A stretch of DNA of 64,000 nt from an uncultured Saprospiraceae bacterium (GCA_937961455.1 CALGNN010000087.1:1-64000), one strand, 5' to 3'; shown: positions 20,585-30,496, counted from the stretch's first letter. Translations and numbers: made by a program. Notes: a model not told the origin generated them from the sequence alone.

Positions 20585-21208
20585 TTATTTACTAGCAATT
20601 GATTGTGTAATAATATCTTTAGCAAATAAAACCTTAGGCTTCCAATAGTTAGAAGCTAAGATATCTTCTTCAATTACTCCTTTTGAAGAAGTACTATGAA
20701 TCACCTGGAGCTTGTATTTATTGGCTGATACAACCAAAGCAACATGATTGATCACAGTACCGTGTCCAAAAAAGACTAAATCACCTGCTCTACATTTGTC
20801 CAAATCAATGGGGATGCCATTTTTAGCTTGGGCATATGAGGCCTGTGAAATTTTTATTTTATGCTGGTCGAAAACGTATTTGGTAAGCCCGGAGCAGTCG
20901 AAACCGCCTTTGTTTTTTCCACCGTATAGATACGGAATATTTTTCAAAGATTTTGCTTTGCTTATAATGGAGGTTCGCAGTTCAAGCTCTGCCCTACTTA
21001 GCGTAACAGAGGGCCTTACAGTTTCTTCTTGTTTTTCAATTTCTTCTATGGGAGCTTTTGCTACCTGAGGCCTGTTGGCTGGTCTGGTTTTCTTTTGTCT
21101 ACTCTTATTGGTGGTAAAATCATTCGTTTTACTAAAAACGATTGAACAAGAGGAAATACTCATTCCAAATGCTGCAATAAGAATGAGAGCCAATGTTTGT
21201 TTTTTCAA
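20585..21208 (-). CDS. NlpC/P60-family (C40) peptidoglycan peptidase lipoprotein
   Basis: Lipoprotein signal peptide. Catalytic Cys in FDCSGLTKYVF and His in NHVALVV. Confidence 0.75.
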   Translation of the reverse strand: MKKQTLALILIAAFGMSISSCSIVFSKTNDFTTNKSRQKKTRPANRPQVAKAPIEEIEKQEETVRPSVTLSRAELELRTSIISKAKSLKNIPYLYGGKNKGGFDCSGLTKYVFDQHKIKISQASYAQAKNGIPIDLDKCRAGDLVFFGHGTVINHVALVVSANKYKLQVIHSTSSKGVIEEDILASNYWKPKVLFAKDIITQSIASK

Positions 21209-21262
21209 AATATAGTTCTATTTATCAGTTAACAACATATTAGGGTTATCAATAATGTGTTA

Positions 21263-21300
21263 CTGCAAAAAAAGAGCCGAAAATAAATTTCGGCTCTTTA
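21263..21300 (-). terminator. Intrinsic terminator downstream of rplY
   Basis: Perfect 12-bp stem AAAGAGCCGAAA/TTTCGGCTCTTT (21271-21299) with a 5-nt loop. On the minus-strand transcript it is followed by UUUUUUGC. Confidence 0.7.
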
Positions 21301-21320
21301 AAACTATATTTTGTAAGGTT

Positions 21321-21983
21321 TTATTCTGCTGGTGCTGCTCCTTCTGCTGCATCACCGCCTTCAGCTGTTTCGCCTTCAGCTCCTTCTTCAGTTGCATCTT
21401 CACCTTTAGCTTGAGCATCAAGTGCAGATTTAAGAGCTCTTGGAGTCTCAACCGTAGCAACAGGAATACCTGGATTGTTCATAATTTCTATTCCTTCTCT
21501 AACTACGATATCTCTTACCCTGATTGCACCACCTAATTGCAAATTGGAGATATCCATTTCAATGACGTCTACCAAATCTTCTGGTGCAGCTTTTACTTTT
21601 ATCTTTCTTAGGTTAGGATATAAAATTCCACCTTCGATGACACCTGGAGAGTTTCCAGTAAATTTAACTGGAATATTTACGCTTACTCGTGAGCCTTTTT
21701 CTAAAATCTGAAAATCTACATGCAAGATTTCTTCTGATACTGGATCAAACTGTGCATCTTTTAAAATGCATTTGTCTACACCATCAGGTGATGAAATCTC
21801 TGCCAATTTAAAGGCAGGCGTATAAATCAATGATTTTAATGACTTTTTTGAAACACTTAAATGTTTCACTTTATTTTTACTATATAATACACAAGGAACA
21901 TTACCTTCTTTTCTAAGAAGGGTCATAGCGCTTTTTTTCGCGCTTACATCTCTCTGTTGTGCATCTATTGCTACGATATCCAT
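21321..21983 (-). CDS. rplY: 50S ribosomal protein L25 / general stress protein Ctc, with an acidic C-terminal tail
   Basis: L25 core (LRKEGNVPCVLYSK...FDPVSEEILHVDFQ) and a Gly/Glu/Ala-rich tail. The ORF track starts at 22010 (MRPILKV...), but MDIVAI at 21983 is the more likely start. Confidence 0.75.
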   Translation of the reverse strand: MDIVAIDAQQRDVSAKKSAMTLLRKEGNVPCVLYSKNKVKHLSVSKKSLKSLIYTPAFKLAEISSPDGVDKCILKDAQFDPVSEEILHVDFQILEKGSRVSVNIPVKFTGNSPGVIEGGILYPNLRKIKVKAAPEDLVDVIEMDISNLQLGGAIRVRDIVVREGIEIMNNPGIPVATVETPRALKSALDAQAKGEDATEEGAEGETAEGGDAAEGAAPAE

Positions 21984-22063
21984 AAGACTCACTTTTAAAA
22001 TGGGTCGCAAAGGTAATGAACTTTAATTGAATTATATAATGAAATTTCGCTTCTGTTAAAGAA

Positions 22064-22996
22064 TTATTCTCCAACAAATAAGGCGCTAATCGAACGATGT
22101 TCGTGCGTATTTCTGATTGCTTTGGCGAATATTTTCGCACATGAAATTACTTTGATTTTATCACTCTTTCTTTTCAAAGGAATGGTATCAGAAACATATA
22201 ATTCAGAAAGGACTGATTCTTCGATAATATCATAGGCCTTACCAGATAACACAGCATGTGTCGTCATTGCACTCACACTATTTGCACCTTTGTCAATAAG
22301 AGCTTTGGCGGCTTTGGATAAAGTTCCTGCTGTATCAACGATGTCATCTACCAACATCACATTTTTACCATCAACCTCTCCTATTACTGTCATTCCAGCT
22401 ACTTCGTTTGCTTTTTTTCTATACTTATCACAGATCACCATTTCGCATCCAAAATAAGAGGCAAATTTTCTTGCTCTCTTCACACCTCCTACGTCAGGAG
22501 AAGCAAAGACAAGATTTGAAAGATCCATTTTTTCAAGAACTGGAATAAATATGGCATCACTTTGTAAATGATCCACTGGAATCTTAAAAAAGCCTTGAAT
22601 CTGGTCAGCATGAAAATCCATTGTCATAATTCTGTTAGCTCCAGCAGCTTCTAGAATATCTGCAATCAACTTTGCAGAGATGGGCACTCTGGCTTTGTCT
22701 TTTCGATCTTGTCTAGCATATCCAAAATAAGGAATAACAGCTGTGATGTAATCGCCAGAAGCTCTTTTGACGGAATCAATCATTAATAATAGCTCAAGTA
22801 AATTTTCCGCAGGTGCAAAAGTGGATTGAATTAGGAAAACAAATTGTCCTCTTACGGATTCAAGTATTTCAGGTTGCATTTCTCCATCGCTAAATCTATG
22901 CAAATCCCATTTTGATAATCCGTAACCATAAAAATCTGCAATGGGTTCTGCAAGATATTCGGTTGCACTACCTGAAAATAATTTAACATTGGCCAT
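22064..22996 (-). CDS. prs: Ribose-phosphate pyrophosphokinase
   Basis: 310 aa. PRPP synthetase motifs (DRKDKARVPISAKLIADIL, VDDIVDTAGT). Confidence 0.9.
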   Translation of the reverse strand: MANVKLFSGSATEYLAEPIADFYGYGLSKWDLHRFSDGEMQPEILESVRGQFVFLIQSTFAPAENLLELLLMIDSVKRASGDYITAVIPYFGYARQDRKDKARVPISAKLIADILEAAGANRIMTMDFHADQIQGFFKIPVDHLQSDAIFIPVLEKMDLSNLVFASPDVGGVKRARKFASYFGCEMVICDKYRKKANEVAGMTVIGEVDGKNVMLVDDIVDTAGTLSKAAKALIDKGANSVSAMTTHAVLSGKAYDIIEESVLSELYVSDTIPLKRKSDKIKVISCAKIFAKAIRNTHEHRSISALFVGE

Positions 22997-23176
22997 CTTA
23001 TCGCTTTAATAATTGATATGAGCAACAAATTTAAAATTATTTAATATCAATTGAAATTTTATTCGAATAAGCATTGATGTCTTTTAGCCGATGATATATT
23101 TCATTTGGTCGAATCAATTCTAAAAGTATCTCTAGAATTGGTTATTTTAATGCTAATTAGAAAGTATTTCAACAAC

Positions 23177-23779
23177 ATGAAATTATTTGTACTAAATCTG
23201 GATTCTTGGTGGCACAGTTTAACGAGTGGGCATCAAATCTTTTGGGGGATGGCAATTATCTCAAGTGTGCTATTCTTGATCCAATTTGTCCTGAGTCTTA
23301 TCGGTGCAGATTTTGACGGAGATGCAGATTTTGATGTCAGTGCGGAAGTTGAAAGTGATTACAGTATCGATCCGTCATTTACAGCATTCTCTGTAAGATC
23401 GATTATAGCTTTTTTTACATTTTTTTCATGGGCTGGAGTCCTTGTATTAAATGATGGAGGTTCTTTTACAAAAGCATTATTATCAGGTTTATTTGCTGGT
23501 ATTGTCGCCTTATTTATTGTAAGCTATATGATATGGCAGTTTGCTAAATTGAGCTATTCAGGAACGATGCGGATATCTGACACCATTGATCAACGCGGGG
23601 AGGTTTACATTCCTATCCCAGAAGGTAAAAATGGATCAGGCAAAGTAAATGTAATTATTGACGGCGCTGTAAAAGAATTGAATGCTGTTACCGAAGGAAA
23701 AAGTATTCCAACTGGAACAAAAATAAGAGTACTAGATGTACTTGAAAAAAATATACTATTAGTGACAAAAGACGAATAA
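23177..23779 (+). CDS. NfeD-like (YuaF-type) membrane protein
   Basis: N-terminal TM helices followed by a C-terminal OB-fold-like soluble domain. It lies immediately upstream of a flotillin gene, which is the canonical NfeD-SPFH pairing. The ORF track places the start at 23105, but MKLFVL at 23177 is more plausible. Confidence 0.6.
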   Translation: MKLFVLNLDSWWHSLTSGHQIFWGMAIISSVLFLIQFVLSLIGADFDGDADFDVSAEVESDYSIDPSFTAFSVRSIIAFFTFFSWAGVLVLNDGGSFTKALLSGLFAGIVALFIVSYMIWQFAKLSYSGTMRISDTIDQRGEVYIPIPEGKNGSGKVNVIIDGAVKELNAVTEGKSIPTGTKIRVLDVLEKNILLVTKDE

Positions 23780-23804
23780 CTAACCAACCAAAATTATAAA
23801 CACT

Positions 23805-25235
23805 ATGCAAAACGGATTAATATTTTTAGCAGCTATTATAGGCCTGATTTTTTTAATGGTCTTATTTTTCATTTCCAGATATCGAAGATGTCCTTCTGAT
23901 AAAATATTGGTGATTTATGGTAAAACTGGAGGAGGGTCAGCCAACTGTATTGCTGGTGGTGCCAAATTTGTTTGGCCTGTAATTCAAGATTACGAATACC
24001 TCGACCTTACACCTATTTCCATTGATGTGGATTTGCAAGGAGCTTTGAGTAAGCAGAATATTAGGGTAAGTGTGCCTTCTCGATTTACGGTAGGTATCTC
24101 AAATGAGCCAGGGATCATGCTTAATGCTGCTGAAAGATTATTGGGAAGATCACAAGAAGAAATTAAAGATATCGCGAAGGATATCATCTTTGGACAATTG
24201 AGACTTTCTGTCGCTACAATGGATATAGAAGAAATTAATGCTGATAGAGATAAATTTTTATCAAATGTTTCTTCCAACGTTGGTTCTGAGTTGAGCAAGA
24301 TTGGATTGCACTTGATCAATGTAAATGTTACAGATATCCAGGATGAATCTGGCTACATAGAAGCGCTTGGTAAAGAGGCAGCAGCGAAAGCCATAAACGA
24401 CGCGAAAATATCTGTATCTGAAAAGAACAGAGATGGATCAATTGGTGAAGCCAACGCATACCAAGATCAGAGAATCAAAGTTGCCTCAGCTGAAGCCCTT
24501 GCACAAGTGGGTGAAGCAGAAGCTCAAGCGAATGCTACCAAAGGACAAAATGAAGCACAAATTCTAATTGCACAATCGAATGCCGAAAGAAGGGAACGTG
24601 AGGCAGAAGCAGAAATGCGCGCAGCATCAGCGGAAAAAATTCAGTCTGCAAATACTTTAGCAGAAGCCTATAAAGCAGAGCAAGAAGCGGAGGTTGAAAG
24701 AGCGAAAAAAGAATTGGCTACCAGAGAGGCTGATATTATCGTAAAAGTTGAGATTGAGAAACGCCGTTTAGAAATAGAAGCAGAAGCTCAAGCAGAGCAA
24801 CACAGAAGGATTGCACGTGGAGAAGCTGATGCTATACTCATGAAGAAAGAAGCAGAAGCAAAGGGTCTTTATGAAATACTAAAGAAGCAAGCTGATGGTT
24901 TTGATGAGCTGGTTAAAGCAACTGGCGGATCTCCAAAAGAAGCGGTACTTATGTTAATCGCTGATAAGCTTCCTGAGTTGGTGAAAACTCAAGTAGAGGC
25001 TATCAAGGGTATCAACATTGATAAAGTTACTGTCTGGGAAGGTGGTGGTGGCCAAGGAGAAAAAAGCTCAACTGCTAATTTCATCAGCGGACTCTATAAG
25101 TCCGTGCCTCCTTTGAAAGAGTTGTTCAATATGGCTGGTATGGACCTCCCAGATTATTTGGGCAAAGAGGCACATGATACAAAGTTAGAGATTGAAGAAG
25201 CTAAAAATGGTCAGAACCAAAATAAAGAATCATAG
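23805..25235 (+). CDS. Flotillin-like SPFH/band-7 family protein
   Basis: 476 aa. N-terminal TM, SPFH domain, and a long Ala/Glu-rich coiled-coil (EAEAQANATKGQNEAQ...), as in FloT/YqiK. Confidence 0.8.
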   Translation: MQNGLIFLAAIIGLIFLMVLFFISRYRRCPSDKILVIYGKTGGGSANCIAGGAKFVWPVIQDYEYLDLTPISIDVDLQGALSKQNIRVSVPSRFTVGISNEPGIMLNAAERLLGRSQEEIKDIAKDIIFGQLRLSVATMDIEEINADRDKFLSNVSSNVGSELSKIGLHLINVNVTDIQDESGYIEALGKEAAAKAINDAKISVSEKNRDGSIGEANAYQDQRIKVASAEALAQVGEAEAQANATKGQNEAQILIAQSNAERREREAEAEMRAASAEKIQSANTLAEAYKAEQEAEVERAKKELATREADIIVKVEIEKRRLEIEAEAQAEQHRRIARGEADAILMKKEAEAKGLYEILKKQADGFDELVKATGGSPKEAVLMLIADKLPELVKTQVEAIKGINIDKVTVWEGGGGQGEKSSTANFISGLYKSVPPLKELFNMAGMDLPDYLGKEAHDTKLEIEEAKNGQNQNKES

Positions 25236-25272
25236 TTAAATATTGCCTGCGGGCTCTAACTCCAATTACCTT

Positions 25273-25307
25273 GCGGGCAGTGCATATTGTACTGCCCGTT
25301 TTTCTTT
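25273..25307 (+). terminator. Intrinsic terminator after the flotillin gene
   Basis: Stem GCGGGCAGT / ACTGCCCGT with a 9-nt loop, followed by TTTTCTTT. Confidence 0.65.
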
Positions 25308-25457
25308 ATTGCCAATTAGTATAGTAAAATCGAAAAAGGATTTGTAGTACAATAATTTATCAAGACCTAGTTGTTTGATAACAATGACTAATTAGTTGGT
25401 CTATTATTATTAATTTACAAATAGATCATATTAATTCATCAGACTATTCCATCTAGC

Positions 25458-27005
25458 TTGAAAAAATTACCTTTCACTATTCTGATCACTTTTTACATCT
25501 TTCTTTTGGGATGTAAATCTGATAAAGGTGTCAGACCGAATATTCTATTTATCATGTCCGATGACCATAGCTCACAAGCATGGGGCGTCTATGGTGGTGC
25601 ACTTGAAGCTCATGCAAAAAATGACAATATAAAGCGATTAGCTAAAGAGGGTATGTTGCTAAATAATGTATTTGCGACAAATGCTATCTGCGTGCCCAGT
25701 CGCGCAAGCATCTTAACTGGACAATACAGTCATCAAAATAATATTTACTCGCTATCTGACCCACTTGAACCTGATAGTATGAACATTGCTAAAGCCTTAC
25801 AAGCGAGTGGATATGAAACTGCTGTTATTGGCAAATGGCATTTAACAAAAGAACCCAATGGCTTTGATTATTATTTAGTCCTACCTGGTCAAGGCAAATA
25901 CCACAATCCAAAATTAAAATCTAAAGAAAACTGGCAAGATGGCGGTTTGGGAGGCAAAGAATACCAAGGGTTTTCGGCAGATGTTATTGGGGACAAAAGT
26001 ATTGAATGGCTGCAAGATCGAAAAACAGACAAACCCTTTTTTCTCATGACTCATTTCAAAGCTACTCATGAGCCTTTTGACTATCCTGAAAGATATGCAG
26101 ACTTCCTTGAAGGTGTAATTATAGAAGAGCCTGCTAGTTTATATGACTTTGGCCCGAGCACAAACGCCCGAAGCTTCATCGGTCAAAGTCTGAGTATTCT
26201 ACATGATAGATGGATCGCTGATCAAAAAGATACGACTCAAAATAGATACCCGGGATTACCCATTGACACAGAAGGATTAGACAGCATCGCTCGAAGGAAA
26301 TTTACTTATCAGAAATTTGTTAAAGACTTTCTAAGAAGCGGAGCCGCCATTGATGATAACATCGGAAAACTTATAGAAGAACTTGAAATAACGGGTCAAC
26401 TTGATAACACTGTTGTGATATACACTGCGGACCAAGGCTATTTTTTAGGAGAGCATGGAATGATGGACAAGCGGATGTTGTATGAAGAAGCCATTAGAAT
26501 GCCTTTTGTGATTAGATATCCAAAAGAAATTGAAGACAGCTCCACGCTTGATGATATTATTTTAAACATTGATTTTCCCGCTCTCTTTGCTGATTATGCT
26601 GATCTACCTAAGCAGAATTATATTTCAGGTAGAAGTTTTCGATCGAATCTCAATGGAAACACTCCTGAGGATTGGCGGCAATCTATGTACTATCGTTATT
26701 GGTTGCATAGAACAGAGCGTCCTGCACATTTTGCTATAAGAGACCATAGATACAAACTTGGATTATTTTATGGAATGCCCCTTGATATCACCGGAGCAAT
26801 GAAAGAATCTACTGATCCAGCTTGGGAGTTCTATGATTTAAAAAATGACCCAACAGAATCTCACAATGCTTATAATGATAGCGCATATCAAATAAAGATT
26901 GATAGTTTAAAAAAAGAACTTATCAAGCTTCGTAAAGAAGTTGGCGATACAGATACCAAATTCCCAGCACTTCAAAAATTGATTGGAGAAAATTTAGATA
27001 GGTAA
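25458..27005 (+). CDS. Sulfatase (Cys-type formylglycine sulfatase, arylsulfatase family)
   Basis: Signal/lipoprotein N-terminus. ILFIMSDDHS metal site, CVPSRASILTGQY FGly motif, GKWHL. TTG start in the ORF track. Confidence 0.85.
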   Translation: MKKLPFTILITFYIFLLGCKSDKGVRPNILFIMSDDHSSQAWGVYGGALEAHAKNDNIKRLAKEGMLLNNVFATNAICVPSRASILTGQYSHQNNIYSLSDPLEPDSMNIAKALQASGYETAVIGKWHLTKEPNGFDYYLVLPGQGKYHNPKLKSKENWQDGGLGGKEYQGFSADVIGDKSIEWLQDRKTDKPFFLMTHFKATHEPFDYPERYADFLEGVIIEEPASLYDFGPSTNARSFIGQSLSILHDRWIADQKDTTQNRYPGLPIDTEGLDSIARRKFTYQKFVKDFLRSGAAIDDNIGKLIEELEITGQLDNTVVIYTADQGYFLGEHGMMDKRMLYEEAIRMPFVIRYPKEIEDSSTLDDIILNIDFPALFADYADLPKQNYISGRSFRSNLNGNTPEDWRQSMYYRYWLHRTERPAHFAIRDHRYKLGLFYGMPLDITGAMKESTDPAWEFYDLKNDPTESHNAYNDSAYQIKIDSLKKELIKLRKEVGDTDTKFPALQKLIGENLDR

Positions 27006-27289
27006 TTAATATAAACCCTTCTATTCTTGCAGATTTTCCTCCCAAGAAGGCTTTTTTCAATATGATAAGAATGGACCATCTTGACTTATTGCTTTTTGGC
27101 TTTTTGTTTAAGTGCGCAGTCGCGATTCTCTCTCTTGTCGACCTGTCGGTCGCCACTGCTCCGTAGTTCGTTCGTTCACTTTTTGGCTTTAAGTTGTCAA
27201 TTTTGATCATTATTTATGTCTAATGCTAATTTTGATTCATTAATAAATATCTTACTTGAACAAGGCATACAAAAATCAAACTTTAAAAA

Positions 27290-28252
27290 ATGAATTTAAG
27301 ACTACGCAAATTCTTCCTGTTATTATTTCTGGCCATTGGTACAAGCTCAATAGGCATTTCACAGATTGAATATTTCAATGAAACTTCTAAATGGCTATGG
27401 GTTGATTTTGGTCGAAAGATTTCCTATTCAGATTATGGTCATGATGATATGTATCATCAACTAAAAGCTATTGAAGAAGTAGATTTGAACGGTCAGATTT
27501 ACATGAAATTCGAACATGCAACTAAAGTCTTACATTATGAATGGAGTGACGAGATTGCCTATTGGGTGCTAGATCAAACCAGTGTGTATACAAACGAAGT
27601 GCATATGCGACAAGAAGGGAAGAAAGTATACATATTAGATCAGAAAACTGAAATAATTAACAATTATGATCTTGAAGTTGGAGACACTTTGTATAGGATT
27701 AATGGCAATGCACCAGAAGCATCTGGGATCGTAGACTCGATCTATGATATCTCATTTAATGGGCAATCTAGGAAGGCTTTTATTATTGATCAAATTATTT
27801 TCCCATCATTTAAATATTTAATGTTTGAAGGGATAGGCACTGATGAAGGACTATTTGACATGCAATCCCATAATCATGAACAAGTTTCTTATTTGTTATG
27901 CTACGAGATGGACGATGAGCCTTTTCCTGTCGATCATTTTGATGACATTATTCAAGGTAATATTGAAGTCAGTTGTAATGCCTTTACTGTTCAATCAAGG
28001 GACTTGACGCAAGACCGATTGCATGTTTACCCAGTACCCACAATGGACATTATTTATGTTAATTTTGATTTCGATCTAACTAATAGTAGTATTTCTATCA
28101 TTTCCTTGGATGGAAAATTTCATCACATTGCTTCCATATTACATAATGATAGAGGCCTTGAGATAGATGTGTCCAATTTAGCTCCAGGCACTTATTTCTT
28201 GCAATTCATAAATGACGAAAGAAGATTGACCAAGAAATTTGTGAAAATATAA
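27290..28252 (+). CDS. Hypothetical secreted protein with a T9SS type-A C-terminal sorting domain
   Basis: Signal peptide. The C-terminal ~80 aa (LHVYPVPTMDIIYVNF...GTYFLQFINDERRLTKKFVKI) match the Por_Secre_tail pattern. Confidence 0.6.
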   Translation: MNLRLRKFFLLLFLAIGTSSIGISQIEYFNETSKWLWVDFGRKISYSDYGHDDMYHQLKAIEEVDLNGQIYMKFEHATKVLHYEWSDEIAYWVLDQTSVYTNEVHMRQEGKKVYILDQKTEIINNYDLEVGDTLYRINGNAPEASGIVDSIYDISFNGQSRKAFIIDQIIFPSFKYLMFEGIGTDEGLFDMQSHNHEQVSYLLCYEMDDEPFPVDHFDDIIQGNIEVSCNAFTVQSRDLTQDRLHVYPVPTMDIIYVNFDFDLTNSSISIISLDGKFHHIASILHNDRGLEIDVSNLAPGTYFLQFINDERRLTKKFVKI

Positions 28253-28301
28253 TCTTATCGAGAATAGCATTTTTCTATTACTTTTATGAAAACATCTCGT
28301 C

Positions 28302-29576
28302 ATGAAGTACAGTTACTTAGTCTTATCCTTATGCCTATTGATATTTATACAATGCAAGTCTAGCCAAAAATCCCATGTAGCTATTGAGCCTCCTCTTACC
28401 GCTCCTGAGACAAGCATTGCAGTGGTAGATTATGATAAATTAGCTAAAGAACTGGCTCATAAATACATCATCACAGATGGTCATGTAGATTTGCCCTATC
28501 GACTTAGGGTTCAGAATTTCAAATTGGAAAAAGAATTTCTAGCCATCCCTATCGAAACAGACAAAGGAGACTTTGATTATGTAAGAGCAAAGGAAGGTGG
28601 ATTGGATGCGCCTTTTATGAGTATTTATATCCCTGCAGGATATCAAAAATCTGGAGGTGCAAAAGAGCTTGCTGATACACTCATTCAAATGGTGACAGGA
28701 ATCGCAGATATTCATCCTGATAAATTTGCTGTCGCGATGACTGCTGATGATGTAGAAGCCAACTTTGCGAAGGGAATTATTTCGCTTCCTATGGGAATGG
28801 AAAATGGAGCTCCCATTGAAGACAAAATTGAAAATGTTGCCTATTTCAGAAACAAGGGAATCAGTTACATAACGCTTACTCACTCTAAAGATAATCTCAT
28901 TTGTGATTCTTCTTATGATACTACAGGTACACATGGAGGCCTAAGTCCCTTTGGTGTTGAAGTTGTAAAAGAGATGAATCGTGTCGGGATTATGGTGGAC
29001 ATTTCACATGTATCGGATAACACTTTCTATCAAGTCATGGAAATGACAGATGTCCCTTGCATTGCTTCTCATTCTTCGGCAAGAAGATTTACGCCTGACT
29101 TCGAAAGAAATATGTCTGATGACATGATCAAGAAACTTGGAGAAAACGGTGGGGTCATTCAAATCAATTTTGGTAGTACTTTTTTAGATGGTGAGGTTCA
29201 AAACCAAAATGGTAAACTCAGAGAAAAGTTTTTCAAGGAGATCGAAGGACTTGGTCTAGAGCGAGGGACTCCTGAATTTGAAGCATTTTCGGACAAATTT
29301 GCTAAAGAAAATCCCAAACTATATGCGGATGTTGAAAAAGTCGCAGACCATATTGATTTGGTTGTTGAATTAGCAGGTATTGATCATGTAGGTTTTGGTT
29401 CTGACTACGATGGTGTTGGAGATTCTCTCCCGACTGGGCTGAAAGATGTTTCGCAATTTCCAAATCTTATAGCCGAACTTTTGAGAAGGGGGTATTCAGA
29501 AGAAGACATCGCCAAGATCTGTTATCAAAATGTATTTAGAGTTTGGAGAGCCGTCGAAGCAGCTGCACGTTCTTAA
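28302..29576 (+). CDS. Membrane dipeptidase (peptidase M19 family), periplasmic
   Basis: Signal peptide. M19 motifs (HVDLPYRL, DISHVSD, GFGSDYDG). Confidence 0.8.
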   Translation: MKYSYLVLSLCLLIFIQCKSSQKSHVAIEPPLTAPETSIAVVDYDKLAKELAHKYIITDGHVDLPYRLRVQNFKLEKEFLAIPIETDKGDFDYVRAKEGGLDAPFMSIYIPAGYQKSGGAKELADTLIQMVTGIADIHPDKFAVAMTADDVEANFAKGIISLPMGMENGAPIEDKIENVAYFRNKGISYITLTHSKDNLICDSSYDTTGTHGGLSPFGVEVVKEMNRVGIMVDISHVSDNTFYQVMEMTDVPCIASHSSARRFTPDFERNMSDDMIKKLGENGGVIQINFGSTFLDGEVQNQNGKLREKFFKEIEGLGLERGTPEFEAFSDKFAKENPKLYADVEKVADHIDLVVELAGIDHVGFGSDYDGVGDSLPTGLKDVSQFPNLIAELLRRGYSEEDIAKICYQNVFRVWRAVEAAARS

Positions 29577-29591
29577 AATTTAAGAAAATTT

Positions 29592-29984
29592 ATGCTCCAT
29601 ATTCCGAGCTTGTATATACATGAACTTGAAGGAAAGGGTAAGGCAGTTTTTACTGCTGAAGCTTTGGATCCTGAAAGTCTTATAGAAACCTGCCCTGTGA
29701 TTATTCTTTCTAAAGAAGATTTACAAAAGATTCATCAAACAAGATTGCATGACTACTATTTTCTTTGGGGTGAGGATCTGCAATCTGCGGCAATTGCACT
29801 GGGATATGGCTCTTTATACAATCATGCAGAAAAACCCAATGCCTATTTTCAAATGGATTTTGAAAATGAAAGAATCGATATCATCTCAAAAACTGCCATT
29901 GAAGCAGGAGAAGAAATTTGTATCAATTATGTAGAAGAAAATAATAGAGGCGTTAAATTATGGTTTGATATAAAGAATACTTAA
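29592..29984 (+). CDS. SET-domain protein (putative protein-lysine methyltransferase)
   Basis: 130 aa. GSLYNHAEKPNA corresponds to the SET NHSCxPN motif, and ELEGKGKAVFT to the SET N-terminal GxG region. EEICINY is the post-SET-like end. Confidence 0.6.
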   Translation: MLHIPSLYIHELEGKGKAVFTAEALDPESLIETCPVIILSKEDLQKIHQTRLHDYYFLWGEDLQSAAIALGYGSLYNHAEKPNAYFQMDFENERIDIISKTAIEAGEEICINYVEENNRGVKLWFDIKNT

Positions 29985-30496
29985 GTATCAATCCAAGAGG
30001 CATATTTGATATAATTCTCAGCAGTCCTATGGATGAAAAACTGGGCAGTTTCTTCATCTAAAGGCTTCATTTTCTTTGCAGGAATGCCTGCATAAATCCA
30101 TCCACTTTCTAAGGTTTTATTTTCCGCAACTACAGCACCTGCAGCCACAACTACATTTGATTGAATAGTAGTATTATCCATAATAATGGCTCCCATTCCA
30201 ATCAGTACGTTGTCTTCTATGACGCAACCATGCACAATTGCATTGTGTCCAATACTCACATTTTTACCAATCAGAGTTTCACTTTTATTGAAGGTGCCAT
30301 GGATAACAGCTCCATCTTGTATGTTGGTTTTTTCTCCTATTCTAATTGGACAAACGTCCCCTCTGATAACGGCGCTATACCATATACTACAGTCGTTTGA
30401 AACGACTACGTCCCCAATAATGCTAGCATTTTCAGCTATGAAGCAATTCGCTCCAAATTTGGGTAATATCCCTTTAACGGATTGGATTAAAGGCAT
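29981..30496 (-). CDS. Gamma-class carbonic anhydrase / hexapeptide-repeat family protein
   Basis: 171 aa. Left-handed beta-helix hexapeptide repeats with conserved His ligands (IHGT..., IVHGCVIEDN). Confidence 0.75.
   Translation of the reverse strand: MPLIQSVKGILPKFGANCFIAENASIIGDVVVSNDCSIWYSAVIRGDVCPIRIGEKTNIQDGAVIHGTFNKSETLIGKNVSIGHNAIVHGCVIEDNVLIGMGAIIMDNTTIQSNVVVAAGAVVAENKTLESGWIYAGIPAKKMKPLDEETAQFFIHRTAENYIKYASWIDT

Noticed and set aside
21260-21460. 66-aa minus-strand ORF overlapping the rplY 3' end
   Set aside because: Alternate-frame ORF created by the repetitive Gly/Glu/Ala codons of the L25 acidic tail. It overlaps the terminator hairpin.
27109-27180. Possible SRP RNA/tRNA fragment in the GC-rich intergenic core
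   Set aside because: No tRNA T-loop (GGTTCGAAT) or acceptor pairing, and no SRP domain-IV GGAAG/AGCAGC motifs. Too short for tmRNA or RNase P. Reported as an unclassified structured element.
26923-27210. 95-aa minus-strand ORF spanning the sulfatase 3' end and intergenic region
   Set aside because: Overlaps the sulfatase stop and the GC-rich repeat element. Basic, low-complexity translation with no start context. Judged spurious.
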